NCBI GenBank assembly: GCA_024679065.1
Contig: JAGIQG010000006.1
Span: forward strand, 43,772,001 to 43,836,000
DNA from: Sphyrna mokarran
Taxonomy: Eukaryota
DNA length: 64,000 nt
Direction of reading: 5' to 3'
Notes under the pieces: model-generated
Told to the model about the DNA's origin: nothing
Database searches by the model: none
What the model saw: the letters and a program-made list of their open reading frames with translations, nothing else
Made by a program: the position numbers and the translations under genes
Shown here: positions 12,991 to 26,760 of the stretch, piece by piece
Layout of the letters: the number at the start of each line of letters is the position of its first letter
Position numbering within the stretch: position 1 is the first letter of the stretch

Positions 12991-15900
12991 CCCCACCACC
13001 ACCTCCTCCTCCTCCTCCCACCAACACCTTTATTTTGTCGCCAGACCTAAAATAGCTGCGGCCCTTTCTGCTTTCCTCCCTGCAAATAATGTGACCAATC
13101 CTAGCTGTGGAGGACCCGTTGTCTCTTTGGATAGATTAAAGCTTCTCTGCTCGGGGTAACGTGCCTCTTTCCTAACCCACCCCCCACCCCCAACCCCCCG
13201 ACTCCCCTTGAATTTCTATTCCCTCGCATTGTTGCTTTGAGGCATTTTGACATTGCTCTCAAAAAGCAGGGCCTTGCTGTTTGGGGAACTGGAAGTCAGA
13301 GCTCTCTCTCTCTCTACGCAGTGAGTCCATATGTAAAGAAGCAAACAATTTGCTCTGCTGTTTGTTTTTAATCGCTTCCCCGTCGTGGCCAAATGCTGTC
13401 TGGTCCCGGGATTCTTCAATTAAAATGTGCTCGATAATCGGCAGCGTGCAGTCAGATCAGAGATGGAAAGTTCACCGAATGGCTGAATGCTAAGTATCAT
13501 GCGACTCTTCGAACGCGCTGTCCTCCTGTTCCATTAGTATGTGTAGTAAAACATTACATAAAATCTTTACTGCGAGTCTTCTGTGTCATTTTATTTCGCA
13601 GATCCGAGGAATGTCTTATGAAACGTATTGCGCCTATGACTCTAAGTAGCTACTAAAAAAAAATGCCGCTTTACTTGGGACACCCGAGGATTTATTTTTA
13701 AAAGAGAGACAACCCGTCATTCAAAAACCTGCTCCCAGAGTTAAAGAACATGGATTGGCTCCGCATATAAGTAAAACACGACTCGGTTGCTTCATATGCT
13801 CCTCACAGGAGAAAATGGAACTGATCGAAGGACCATGTAGAATTCCCGCTCTGGTGTGGGCCTGGTTAGTTTGTTAAGCTCAAAGATATTACCATGATGT
13901 GCACACGAATTTTTCCCTTTCACGATTCATTATAACACCCTTTAGGTTTGCAGACTAATTAGATATGTGTTCAGCCAGTGAGTTTATTCAGAAACTAATG
14001 AGATTGTACGAATCTCGAGCAGAATCATATCACGCTGTTTCATTTTCTGTCCCTTTACCAAAAGGACGCTGCTACATCACTTTTAATGTTTTTATTAATA
14101 CGATCTCATATTCGTGTTAAAATTTCACTCAATATTACAAGCAATGCGACGAGTTTCTAATAAATTAGACAAACTGTTTTGGCGAGGTTTTGAAATTATC
14201 TGTTATCAGTTTCTCCTGTTATTGTTCATTTGCATATCTGTTGTATACTTATATAAGTGTGGATATTATGTTTAAACTATTGCTTATTTAATGCAAATTC
14301 TATATTTCAATTGACAATCCTAGCCTTTGAAATAGTGTTCATTTGATGCTTTATTAGTATTTAAATAACTAACTTAGGTTAAGAAGTGTTGGCAGTGTGG
14401 CACAGCATTCCACATTGGTCTTAATTTTTCAATGACAATACTTTGCCAACGTTTCATTTCAATTGGATCGTTTTCAGGATTCTTATTGCAGCCATGATAT
14501 CAGAAAAATGTAACAACTTGGTAAATGAATAAACGCAACAATAGCAAGCAGTCGATAAATTAAACTGAAATGTAACCGTTAGAAATGGCACAACAGACTG
14601 TAATGCTGTTATACAATTCCAATCCTAGTCCCACATAAAATGTCATCGCATGCAAAGGATGAGACAATTATACATTTTTATCAAAACACACGAAAGGCTT
14701 TAAATGACACAGGCTGTGACGTTAACGTTACTGCGCAGCAGATAGGTCCATTTTGAATTAAATGCTGGCTCAGTAACCACACTACACAAGGAAAGATTTT
14801 TTTCCATCATAAGGGTCATTTTCATGAAATGACACCAGTGTCGCCGTAAATTGCAACAGTGCACATTAAAACAGCTAATAGATTAAAGAGTGAGCCATTA
14901 CTAAAGGACCCCAAAATACTAAAGTCTTTTAAGTGGATTTACAATATGATGAAGCGAATTGTGGACAAATATCTCAATCCATTTTGACATGTTCTGGGAT
15001 TTGCTTAACTATGCTCTTAAGCGAATGACAATGTGTCCAATTATTGCAATATATAAGGCATGGCAGACTGACGTGCAAACAGACAGCAGACCTTTCTGTA
15101 TTTATTCTCAATTTTTGCAGTTTCAGGGGGCCTATTATAATATAAACGCAACCGTTAAAACTTATGGTTTTCTTAATATCATAAAAGGTGAAAGCTGTAT
15201 ACCAAAAATGAAGGTTATGTAAGTTGGATGTCACAGAAGACAGTGCTATAAACTATATGCAATGCCGACATACCTTAATACACCTTGTGCAGCATCCTTC
15301 CAAAATAAATAATTCACGAAGAACACTTGTAATGCAATTTTAAATGTTTAAGTGCATATTACTGTTCGAAGGAATAGACTATTGCTAGTGCGACTAAAAA
15401 CTAACCCAATGTATTTAAAAAAATCTTGGGAATGATGTCGGTATATAGTTACCCATGTGAGAGGCCGGTAGTGAGCTGCATTTTGTGTAAATACCAACCT
15501 CATTATATCTGTGTCCTCAAGTCTGCAGCAATATTTTGTATTAGGAATGCACAATCTCTCGAAATGAATCAGCTCGAATACACAACGACGGTCAAATTGA
15601 AATGAATCTCTTTTAAAATTAGTTCATAGTCATGTGCTATTCATTTTATGTGTATACACGAAAATGTCATCTCAGGAAATGTAATCCTAACCGGTTAGTT
15701 GCACCATTTTCAGGGGGAAAGTCCTTCAGTGCCAACGTCACTAAAATATACTAGTTGCCAAAAATGATTGCAGCAATAATAACTACCTGTCACATGGGTT
15801 AGCTTTCACTGGCAGCCGCGTGTTTTAATGGGAATAATAATTAAAGGCAATGGAAGTGGCAATAGTGAACGTGACGATTATACACTCGTGTTTCATTACT

Positions 15901-18689
15901 GATGTTCCCAATTCAAACCTGCCAATCTTCTTTTGGTTGCCTTATTACTATATATACGCCTTTGGCACAATAAAAGGAGGCTTTAGATTATTTTGTTAAA
16001 TGCTTATTTTAGCCACTTTCCTATTGAATTTATAATTGAATTAAGAATTTCGAAATACAGGGAGCAGTCTAAAAACACCATAAATATCGGCCAGTTTTAC
16101 CTGATTAGCGTGGCAAGGGTACACCTATGGAGACAATACTCACACAACCTTTCCATAAAACGTGTTCCCTTATGCAGGTGATGAACAGGGAGTATTTTAC
16201 CACGAATTTGATAGCTCACATTTCACCTTAATATTGTAAAATAAAAACCCTCAAAGGAACAGAGGTATTAGAAAATGAAGAAAGTATGAATATTCATTGC
16301 CTAAACATAAATTTAACTACATATATGCAGCAAAAATCCAGGTTGAAATACATTTGAAAGGTGTATCTATGCCAGAGCTGCTAGTTGAGTCAAGTTTTAA
16401 ATGAAAATGTCACCAGTGGTCTGTAGATTGGGACGTGATTGTCATGCCACTGTTGTAATCTTTTTATAGGTTTCCAGATGGATTCAGCGATATTACATGG
16501 CATGGATTTGAAGTACCCTCGTGATCTTAAAATAATGTCGCGACTACATATGTTAATATTCAGAATTCATAATTGTCTGCGAATGTACATGTGCACGTGA
16601 GCTTTATGTGATACATGGCTAGAGATACACAGACCTATATTCGACATTTTGCCGCCCCAATTCTGGTTTAGATAAATTGATGTAATTAAAACGAACAGTA
16701 CTGAGTCATTTTAGGAATCACCTATCTCATTGGAGTCGTGTGTCATGGTTATGAATAAGCCTCAGACCACTAAAACGAGATCTTGCTAGTCAAAACAGCC
16801 ATCTTGTATGATAAAAGGCCATTTAATTATAGCTATCTGTAGCGCTTTTGCAAAACACTTGGCTTGCATTCTGTGCGACTCTACTTTTTTTCTATACACA
16901 ACATTTGCATTTTTATCTTATTATAGCTGATCAGTGTCATATACATTTTGAGTTGGGGCGCCATATCTTTTACCAAAACTGTGTTTACATTGTGAAGGCA
17001 ATTGTTTTAGGTACCACACTCTGTCAAAACCTTCCTACATGACATAATAACAAGGCCAGTGCGTCATTAACTAAATGTTTTTATACGTTGAACATAGTAC
17101 ACAATTCACATGCATTTGTATACACGAAATACAGAATTTTTTTTACCGTTTTCGTCGGTATTATGTGTCAGAACATGAATGTATCCGGTTTACTTTCAAC
17201 CTGCAAAACATCCATGAATTGAAGAGATTAGTTAATGCTATTAGAATGCCAATAATTCTGACAAATGCTTTAAAACGTTGTAAAAGGTTAGAAAAAGGAT
17301 GTTTAATCTTCTGATAACGTATTTGTGACATGAGAGGTGTTTGAAATATAAATAGTTCCACTCAATTCCTCCTTGGTCACTTAACCCTGTTGTGTAATAA
17401 AGTCATGAATATTCATTCGTACATTACATGACGCGAATCTGCAACCCACAAGACAGTTTTAAGATGTTTGTTGTTATTGCAGAGCAGTGATTTTCTAAAA
17501 CAAAAACTGCTTTCCAGGGCATGGGAGAATCACATGAAATGGCGAAAAACTAAACTGTTCATATACGTTGTTCGGAAGTAGCTCCTGTATCCATCTTCAA
17601 ACAAGATTAAGGCAGGTCGTTTAAACTGAAGGGAAGACGAGCCAAGAACAAGATATGAATGCAATCTAGCGTTTTATGACTATCGGCGAGGTGTGCTTAT
17701 AATAAGATTTCCACCTTCTGCAATTATTAAAATCACGACCTCAATTCAAACAATTCAAAGCAATAGGATGCTACAGCTACTCATATATTCAATGTTATTA
17801 TTCCAATGTTTGGATTATAGTTTTGTTTTCAAAGTGGTGAAACCACAATTAAAATACGTTGTAAGTGATAAATGCGATTATCTACGGACAAAAGAAACAT
17901 AATGCACGCTCACTTCGCCACATTTACTGAAATATAGATGCGTGCCCTAGTTCTGGATTTCCCCTGAAAGACTGGATTGTTTGCAGTTAAACGCTCCCTG
18001 ATCTCTGCCCTATTGTCGAGCTCTGGAGCCTCTCTGAGTGCCACTGACCGTGGCAATGAGACTGAATTCAACTCGGCCAACGGATATTGTGTATATCTCT
18101 GTGAAACAGAACGTAGCAAGTCTGATAATAAAGCAAACAACTCAACAGCCATGTCAGTAATGCAAACACACGGTTGATGGCGGCATTAGATTATTTTCAG
18201 CCTGGTACCTGGAATCATTATCCTTATAAAATACACCTTGCACATACATATTGGGAGTCCCTCCTGAAAGCACAGTACATTTTGAATAGAGATCCGCAAG
18301 CAGAGCCTGGTCTCTGCTTGTCTGTCAGTAATATAAACTAGTAACAACTTCGTCATCTTCATAATTTAACAGAGTCCCAGTCACAGATTATGGCAAAATA
18401 TTTCAGAATCATAATTAAAACAACGGAATCTGCCAAATACTGCGGCCCTATCCAAACCGATAAACAGCAGCCAGATTCACAGATAATGTAACATGAGACA
18501 TAATAGATCGAGAAAGAAGCATAGATATAGAATAAGATTGAGGAGCCGAGTGAATGGACTGAATATATCTGACCAAAATGCACATCTGATGAAGTTTTGT
18601 ATGACCAAATGTCAGCATGCTGTACAACTGTAGAATGCAATGTCCGTTTCCCTTTTTGTCAGAAGCATTTCGGAATGATTAAACAGCAA

Positions 18690-18716
18690 CCCCCCCCCCC
18701 CCCCCCCCCCCCCCCC
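18690..18716. repeat. poly-C tract (~27 nt)
   Basis: Directly visible; poly-G on the host strand. Confidence 0.9.
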
Positions 18717-19137
18717 GCCAAACACACACAATCGAGTAATGTAAACAGTCAAAATCAAGTTCAACACCATTAAAATAATTACCATAACAATTTCAATGAG
18801 CATCCTTTCATTTCCAGGCAAGATACCAGCGCTAACACACATGCTAACTTTAAATTGGTATATTTTATATTTTACAGAAAAATACAATAATTCTATGTAA
18901 CTGAGTTGGACTTTGGTAAAACAAACTCACCTTTTTACTTTAAAATACCAAAGTTATTGCAGCAAATTTATCATTTATTACACGGAAGAAATTCATAATG
19001 TGATCAGCCAAATCATTAACTCAATGAAAATATAGATATTGATTTAAGATTAAAATATAATTTAACTAACATTAGAATTGCCACTGGCACGGATTGTTAT
19101 CTAGTGCAACCAGATGCAGGAAGATGTGTATACTTAC

Positions 19138-19323
19138 AGACTGGTGGATGATAAACTTCAAGGAGGTTTCATTTCTGAAATCTTGATGCATAAAACCCCG
19201 CAACTGAAAGGTCCTTTTGGCAAGTTTTGACTTCTTCATCGGCCTCAAAGCAACCAATGCCATTCCTCGACAATTTCATTCAAAAATAGCCGCTTATTTC
19301 CACATTATTCTGTTGTAATGACA
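19138..19323 (-). ncRNA. candidate internal exon (186 nt) of the host transcript
   Basis: Minus-strand acceptor TTTCCTCTCTATTCTAG|TGT and donor TCT|GTAAGTA. An alternative strong donor AAG|GTGAGT lies at 18930. Confidence 0.6.
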
Positions 19324-19399
19324 CTAGAATAGAGAGGAAATCTTCCACTCTTTAAGGAAAATAACTTTTTCCCCTATAACATTTTGCTCTCTCAAGCCC

Positions 19400-20810
19400 A
19401 AGAAGTAAAAAAAAGTGACGGTACTGCCGGCAAGTTTTTTTTTTGGAAGGGGGGGGGGAATGGAAGAGGGGGGCCGGGATGAAGATTGTCCAACCCCTCT
19501 GGCGGAGACGTGGTCTGAAAATCAAATAACTTCCCCATTTCTTTTGTTGCTGATGAACTGAAGCCCTATTGTTCATTCTTTGCATGATCTGATTTTTTTT
19601 GTGTGTGTGGAAGGGCCATTCCCAGAATACGCCGTGCCTTCTCTCATTTGGCGAATAATGTATTTCTTCAAACCGCCTCCCCACCCCACCCCCTCCCCAA
19701 CTCCAACACACACACACACACACACACAGACCCTGTCTGACAGACACAACAAATGAGAATTTATTTGAATAGAGCCAAGAGCGGACAAGAAACTCCCTTG
19801 TTTTTTTAAAAAAACATATTTTCGCGTGTGTGTATGTGAGTGTGTGGGGAGTTAACAGGCCCGCCGGGAAGTTCACGTGTTTACACCCCATCATTACGAT
19901 TTTAATTGCTGAACTTTTTCCCTCTTTCAAAGAGCACTGAGTCCTTTTTCTTCCCCACACAAGAACTCCAGACATTGATCGTTGTCCTTCCGATAGTTGT
20001 GGCGATCCCAGAAGCTTCCAGTTCGCACTTGGCTCTCTTCAGCCGCTTTGCTTTGTCTTCTCTCCAGCAACCACCTCCACCACTACACCCACCCGCCCCC
20101 CCACCGCCACACACACATCTCGCATACAGTTTTCTGTTTTGCTTCTTTAATATAGTTTTATTCAGTTAGTTCTCCCTCCCCCACTCTCTTCGTCGCCGAC
20201 AAAAATAAATAAAGTCAAAACAAAACATTTTCTTTTTCAACATAAATTTAAAAATCTGTAAACTCCTGACTGCGATACTTTGGTCGCCTCCCCCTCCCGC
20301 TCTTCGGGAAAGTACATCAGTAGTGGACTAAGGAGCAAGATTCCTGCGACGGGGAGGCGCTGCTGCACTGCCGTTCCAACCTGGGCACCCAGACTGGGCG
20401 AATAATAAAAAATAAACAGGCCGGATTTTCCCGCCACCGCCAGCTATTCATTCCTGTGGCGGGAATAATCTTTCACTCGCCGTTTTAGGCAAACAGACAT
20501 TTTTATTTTCCCTCTCACCACCGCCAAAAATAAAAAAAATCAGGATTTTCTCCAGCTTTTCTTTTTTTCTCGCTCTGCTTCCTCCTCTCCTCCCCCAGTA
20601 TACATCTAAGAGGAAGCGAAGCCAGTGATATAACTTGGAGATGCTTCACTGAAGGATTTTCCAAGAGTCTGTGGTTTTTTTTTACACATACACACAGCAC
20701 GCCCAGTGTATCGGCGAGGTCACGTCTGCCTACGTCACGTTAAAGTGTACGTCTGGCAACATTTCACATGAAATTATTAGCAACAAGACAAATATGCAAA
20801 TAGCCAGCTT
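19400..20810 (-). promoter_or_regulatory. proximal promoter / first-exon region of the miR-9 host gene
   Basis: CpG/GC-rich, about 8 kb upstream of the hairpin. Minus-strand TATATTAAAG at 20154-20145, donor-like G|GTGAGA at 20518, ACGT/half-CRE cluster 20722-20752, octamer ATGCAAAT 20794-20801. Confidence 0.55.
19706..19728. repeat. (CA)n microsatellite
   Basis: Directly visible. Confidence 0.9.
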
Positions 20811-23800
20811 ATTGTCTGACTGCAACAGAATTGATGGCGTTGTCCCAATTTATATTTTCTAAGCCTTCGTTTTTTTGTGCTTTCCAATAAGAAGACTGTC
20901 AGAATAGAGCGTGCAGGAATTTTTATATATGTAGGGACACTGGAGAAATATCCCTGCGTAATAACGCCGGTGGTGCGCCATCACCTCTGCTGTTGGCTGT
21001 AACGTGTGCGTTATTTTTAATATGTATACCTCTGTAAGTGTTTACTCACTTTTTTTTATTTTACCGAAGCTATTGACCGAAAAGGTCGGTTTCTACATAA
21101 ATATTCCAATGTATTATTGCTCCTTTAAAAAAACTCTATGTAAAGGCTACTTTTGTACTTAAATAGGTCATTCGTTTGGGCTTACGTTAAAATTAGCGCG
21201 TTGGAATCCTGTATACATATGTATGATTTCAACAACTACCGCTTCAATGCGATTTTGAATATGCATGTGTACACTTTAATGTCTGACATACTGATTTTAC
21301 CTGGCAAAGAATTTTATATTTGCCTAACCATTTATAATAAATTGGATGGATTCTTGTTCTAGTTAAATAATAATTATTGCTTGTTACGGATTTCAAAATA
21401 TCATGCCTTAGTTTCAATGCCCATGTTTGAAACTGCCTTTAAGGTTTCTTTGAGTGTGCCAGGAATATTTTGTTTTCCCATTCGTGCATCGATTTAAATA
21501 TTTAAAACACAACTATTAGCATCTTGTACAGTCAATGAGCCCCAACTCATAATCAACAATGTGCCTGGCAGCCTTGCCCTTCTGATTATACACAAAGGAT
21601 ACAAATTAAGATTTGATATATAAAGGGCAGGTGTTTCATATTTTTAGTCATACATTGGCATTTCCTTGCGCTTAAACAATCCACACAGCATATGATAGCA
21701 GCATTTTTTTAAAAAAAAGTATAATTCGTGCACCTTAAAAATTATGCCTGGTAAATATTAACTCATTACTCACCAATGTGTTTCTAACAGTTGTCACACA
21801 ATCCTTACATGTTCCTCATCTTTTTTTATGGAACTGTATTTGCAGAATCTGTGGCAACATACGTATTTAAAATGTTTTAGTGAACAAACATGCTTATACA
21901 CCAAACATATTTCATATTTATCACAAGATAGCAATCAGATGTGTACCGTTTCCTAGTGTTGGTTAGAATGTATGACTTAAAAGTTTAAATTAGTAGAATT
22001 ACCAGACTCTCGTAGCAGGAGTACCTGTACTGACAATTAGTTGCAATGTTTTTTATAGTCATGATCTTATAGACTCCAACTGTAGTTTTGCCTTCACGCA
22101 TACGCCAACAATTTTCGATCGTGCATTTCTTTCCTAGTGCGATCTTACAAAGCGATTTGAATAATTGACCAATTCTAATTGTTTGCTTCATACTCATTGC
22201 ACGGGTTAGTTTGCAATGGTGTATATTTACTATGATCTTTTTGTCTTATTTTGATGAATCATTTGGAGTAATATTCGTAGGGGGCGCCGTGAAATTAAAC
22301 TGCTCTGATAATATGGAACTTGAACAGTCTCTGCTTTTTTAGAATTGATAAACGCGTTCGAACCCAATTTCGCAGTGGAATTATTTACATAGAAAACGCG
22401 TTGGTATTAATATTACATTTCTGCACACCAATCTATTGATTGTGCAATTAACATTTGGTTGAGTGCATTTAAATACATCCTTATATTTAACACTTGACTT
22501 CAAACGTTTTTATTGTGGCCAAATGTGCACAACTCGCCTTACCTGTACATTTCAGAGCCAATGCGTAATTCTACACCACACAGCAGTTTGGAAACTCATA
22601 AACCACTTAACGTTTTGACTCATAACATATTTACATTTAATTGTATAACATTAATCAAATGAATAAATTTATATAAAGTATATACTCTAAGAGATCACTG
22701 CGATTTATTCGGTTGCTGTATACATTCGATAGATTTAACAAGTAGATGAGCTGAGTCATAATGCTTAAAGACTAACGCACTTCGACTTGTATAGCATACA
22801 GTACAGCTGTTTATTTATTGGCATATTATTATTTTATCGTGAAAATAAAGCATAGTTTGTTATGTGCACCTATGTAGAAACTGTTGTTTCATCGAGCTTT
22901 TTCATCCAGTCAACTAATTTCCATTTAACTAAGACGATTGCTGATAGTATGTATTTAAAGTATTGTAACATTATCACTAAACATTCTTATTTGTTGGCAT
23001 CCACAATGACAAATGTTTTTAAAATGTAAATCACTTTTCCAGTGCGTTTTATTTTAGCTTTCACTACTTTCGGTACCCTCGCCACATTCGCCACCAGCAG
23101 TTTAGCTTGCACGTTCAGACATTACAAGCACCCTTAGTTATCTTCCACAAAATGGCATTGGTACAGAATAGCTTGCCTTGCAAACAATGCTAGAAATTCC
23201 AATCAGAAGCTATACTTCTGTAGATTTTTGGCAAGGTCCTAAACAATGCCAGCCATGGTGCACAACAGGTTACACTCACATCCGATTTATTAGACGCTGA
23301 TGTTATTATTTTGGCAAATTGAAGCACATGGAGTCTTGGTAGTAATTCTGCAACTTGGGAATTAATTTGAGTTAACATATAAACCGTCCGTTTACTTTCT
23401 CTTTCAATATGTTGAAATAATAATTGAATGTGTCGTAAACAAACAATGCGACAAAGTATCATTTATGTTTGTATTTTAGAAATAGATTATTAACCAAGAT
23501 CTTATCCACGAATCCATTATGTAATTATCAGATAACACCAAGTCAACTGCCTGACGGTTTTTTGTCTAGGTTTTCAATAATTATTGAATATTTAAACAAA
23601 ATTGACACTAAGTTGTCACAAGAATTTTGGCAGTATAATGTAATAAACAAATTAATATTGTCGGGTTTTCACTAAACGAACAGCTTGTGGAATTTGTAGG
23701 TTTAATGCCGCAATATTCGGGAGCTTCAGTGTACCAGACTGAACCAAAGTCTTAATTATTATACGGTATCAGTAATATATTCAGTTTATTCCATCATTGT

Positions 23801-26334
23801 TACTTTATAGAATTGCTATAATAAAAAAAGAATTCCACAAAATGTGATTTAGAAATATACTAATATACTTTTAAATCACTTTTTATATTTAATGATAAAA
23901 GCAGCATCATACAAATATCAAACATATCGTGTATTCTCTTTTATATAGTAAGTTTCTATATAAGACATGAAATAAAACATTGTCACATTTGAAAATTCGT
24001 ATCAACTTTGCTAGATATCCTTATTGAAACATACACACAACAAATATCATTTTCCATTCAAATAATAGTGATAGTATACATTTATAATGATGCAACACTG
24101 ATTATATACACTTGTGTGCATCAAAACGTGTTAATTGCAACATGTATAAACGCAAACGACAGTCATATTACCATAATTTGCATTTGACATAAACATGGCG
24201 GATATTTAAAAAAATCAATAAAGGAGTAAATGCTGCAAAGGAGTCTAATTTAAGCAAGTAAATAAAAAAGCACCTTGCATAGAAACATGAAAAACTGATA
24301 TCACCTTGATATGATTTGTCGAGCGAATGGGCGGCGCCAGCAGTGGAAGGGCGACATCTTCTGGCAGCATCTCGTTTCTACTTATGCAACAGACAGATGC
24401 TGTGATTTTGCTCTTCACACCGAAAAGCCAATGGTAGCAAAAGGTGTTTTCCAAACAGCTTGTAAAACCAAAAACAAAGAGAGCAACATTAGCAGAAGTC
24501 CATAGTGAACAATCAACAACATTTTGGAAGCGAAGGAACTGTCAATGAAGGCTGTATATAAGTTGCAACTAACCATAAACAGAACATATGTAATATTTCT
24601 GAATCCCGTCACCTGATACCTTCGTTTAAAATTTACATGCAGCGCGCATATATTTGGAACGTGTCAACATAAATGACTTCGACATTATTAATTCAGAATG
24701 TGAGCAATAAAGCGCACAGCCCATTAAGGAAGCTGAAGCATACAGAACGAAAAAAAATGTTAGGGTAATACTTGACGTTACAGTCCGTTGTTAGTGCAAT
24801 AAAATCTGTTTCATTTGTAGATTACATTTGTGCAATAATGCATTAATATACATAACATGGAGTCCACTTCCTCGTTATGAGCTACATTTTATCGACCTAT
24901 GTGAATATTCATCAGTCATAATTTCCAAAATAACGTCAAAGACTATACTTTCGAAATATCACCCTTTGCCCGTGCGCTTATGTGGAGGGGCTGAAATATT
25001 TCTAGGCAATGAAAGACAACATTGAGGGGGAAGAAACAGAAGAAAGATGACATAGCGTACTGCATCTTTCCATAGATTGACCATACGTATATTTGTCAAA
25101 CCTCAAAATAGAATACTTCTGTCTAATGTCTTCATTATATTGCATATACAGTCTATAATGTTTCTAATGCAATTATGCCATTCATTGTAAATGGTGATTG
25201 TGACAAATATATTTCAAAATGCAATAGACGTGATTGAATTTAGATATAAAGTACAGAAGAATATTAAAATTATAGTAATTAAACTTGACTTCTGAAGTGT
25301 CTTGTTTAAATATAAAAATCCTTAAATATGTATATTATATATATCTATCTGCAAAGTAATAAACGATTTGCTGAGCTACTATTGTTATTTTTCCCATTGC
25401 AAATTGTTTGGAGCGACTGTAACTGTCGGCAAGAAATTGTAATTTTATATATTGAAACAAAACAAAAGATGTGGGTTGTCAATAAGTTTCCAAAAAGGTG
25501 AATTGGTTCTGTTAGCTACAAGTTTAAGAAATACTATCACTATTTTTTTTCATGTTATCTTTAAAACAGGTAATTTCTACATCTTAAAGATTAATCATTG
25601 CATGAATATCCGTTCTTAAAATTATCAAGATGTTTTGTAATTGGAATTCAAATAAATGCTCCACCTAAGATCAAACCAATATTATTTTTAAGAATCGCAT
25701 CTTTTATATAAACGCAGTTATTTTCAGTTACATAAAAATATAGCTTCAAGTTTTATGACAAACATATTTCATTATGCAAAGTCAAGGCAACATAGCAGGC
25801 CTAGTTCTATTAGATATCACAGCCTGAAAGGTTATTGCGTTCAAAATGTCCACTGATAGGTAAATTGACACGCTGTTCAGGTTTTTTTAAAAGAAATTTT
25901 TCCATTCCTTGCTATTAGCGCGAAATGTCTCAACTTTCATCTTGGGGTACATTTGGTTCAATAGAAAATGCACGCAGAGAAATTCAAAAGGAAATCGAGA
26001 TTAAAATACATCAGAAACGCAAGCGTATTGAATCAAATATTAATATTTACCCAAATAAAAATCCTAGGATTTGCAATAAACCGCACTTCAAGCTCAGGTT
26101 TAATTTACTTGCATTGTAATTTTATACAAGTTATTAAGTATTGTTAGGATTTGTGCTCCATTTGCTAAACATGTCTTCGTTGTTTTATAAAGTATAGAAT
26201 AAAAATGCAGCTTCAAGGTTTATAAAACAGTAATTCCGGTCATATACTGTAATGCTGGAATCAGTTAGCCATTGTTAGTGCATAGTAAATATTCATGTTG
26301 GGGTGAGAAAAAAGCGTCGAGTTCCAGCCCCTTT

Positions 26335-26760
26335 ACTTACTGTGCAACGCAAAGCGGCCCCTGGGCTCTAACCTCAGTCTCAGAACACTGCAAGTAACTG
26401 AAATTCTGCCCGATCCCTTGTCTGGGATCATATATTCGTGATCTGCAGAGACAACGACAAATAGTTTGAACGTTAGCCAAAAGACAATTTCACCAGCAAA
26501 TCGGTAAAACGTGACGTTCGCTACTTTCGGCTGTTTAACTCTGCACAGACCTGAAAGTTGACCAACGGATCTCAAAGTACAAAAGACTATCTGTTTGAAA
26601 TCGTCCCCTTACTGTTAGACTTATTAGCAATGCAGACGTTGTAAACGGTGGGAAAATTGATGGAATTTTTGTACAATTTACTTTCCTGTTTAGCATTCGG
26701 AAACCACAACACAGAGACTAAAGCTCCCCCACGCCCCGCCACCGCCCCCTCCCCCCACAC
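26335..26760 (-). promoter_or_regulatory. candidate distal promoter and first exon
   Basis: GC-box run 26726-26758, GTGGGAA at 26648-26654, CpG-rich 26300-26600, and minus-strand donor CA|GTAAGT at 26340. Confidence 0.4.

Larger units (their letters stand above)
10250..20750 (-). ncRNA. putative pri-miR-9 host lncRNA (LINC00461/MIR9-2HG-like); ends uncertain
   Basis: Inferred from miRNA orientation, an upstream CpG-rich promoter-like region (19.4-20.8 kb), minus-strand splice signals (19324 acceptor; 19137 and 18930 donors; 12169 acceptor) and the known mammalian locus layout. The 3' end is not resolved. Confidence 0.6.

Noticed and set aside
19352-19975. Longest ORF (207 aa, minus strand)
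   Set aside because: Runs through (CA)n and homopolymer tracts and has no recognisable domain.
5939-20284. miR-9-5p seed matches on the host strand (5939, 8186, 18911, 20278)
   Set aside because: The count is near chance for a 7-mer and most sites are not in predicted exons.
22271-22290. CTCF-like AGGGGGCGC
   Set aside because: The 5' half of the motif is poor and cannot be called without a matrix scan.
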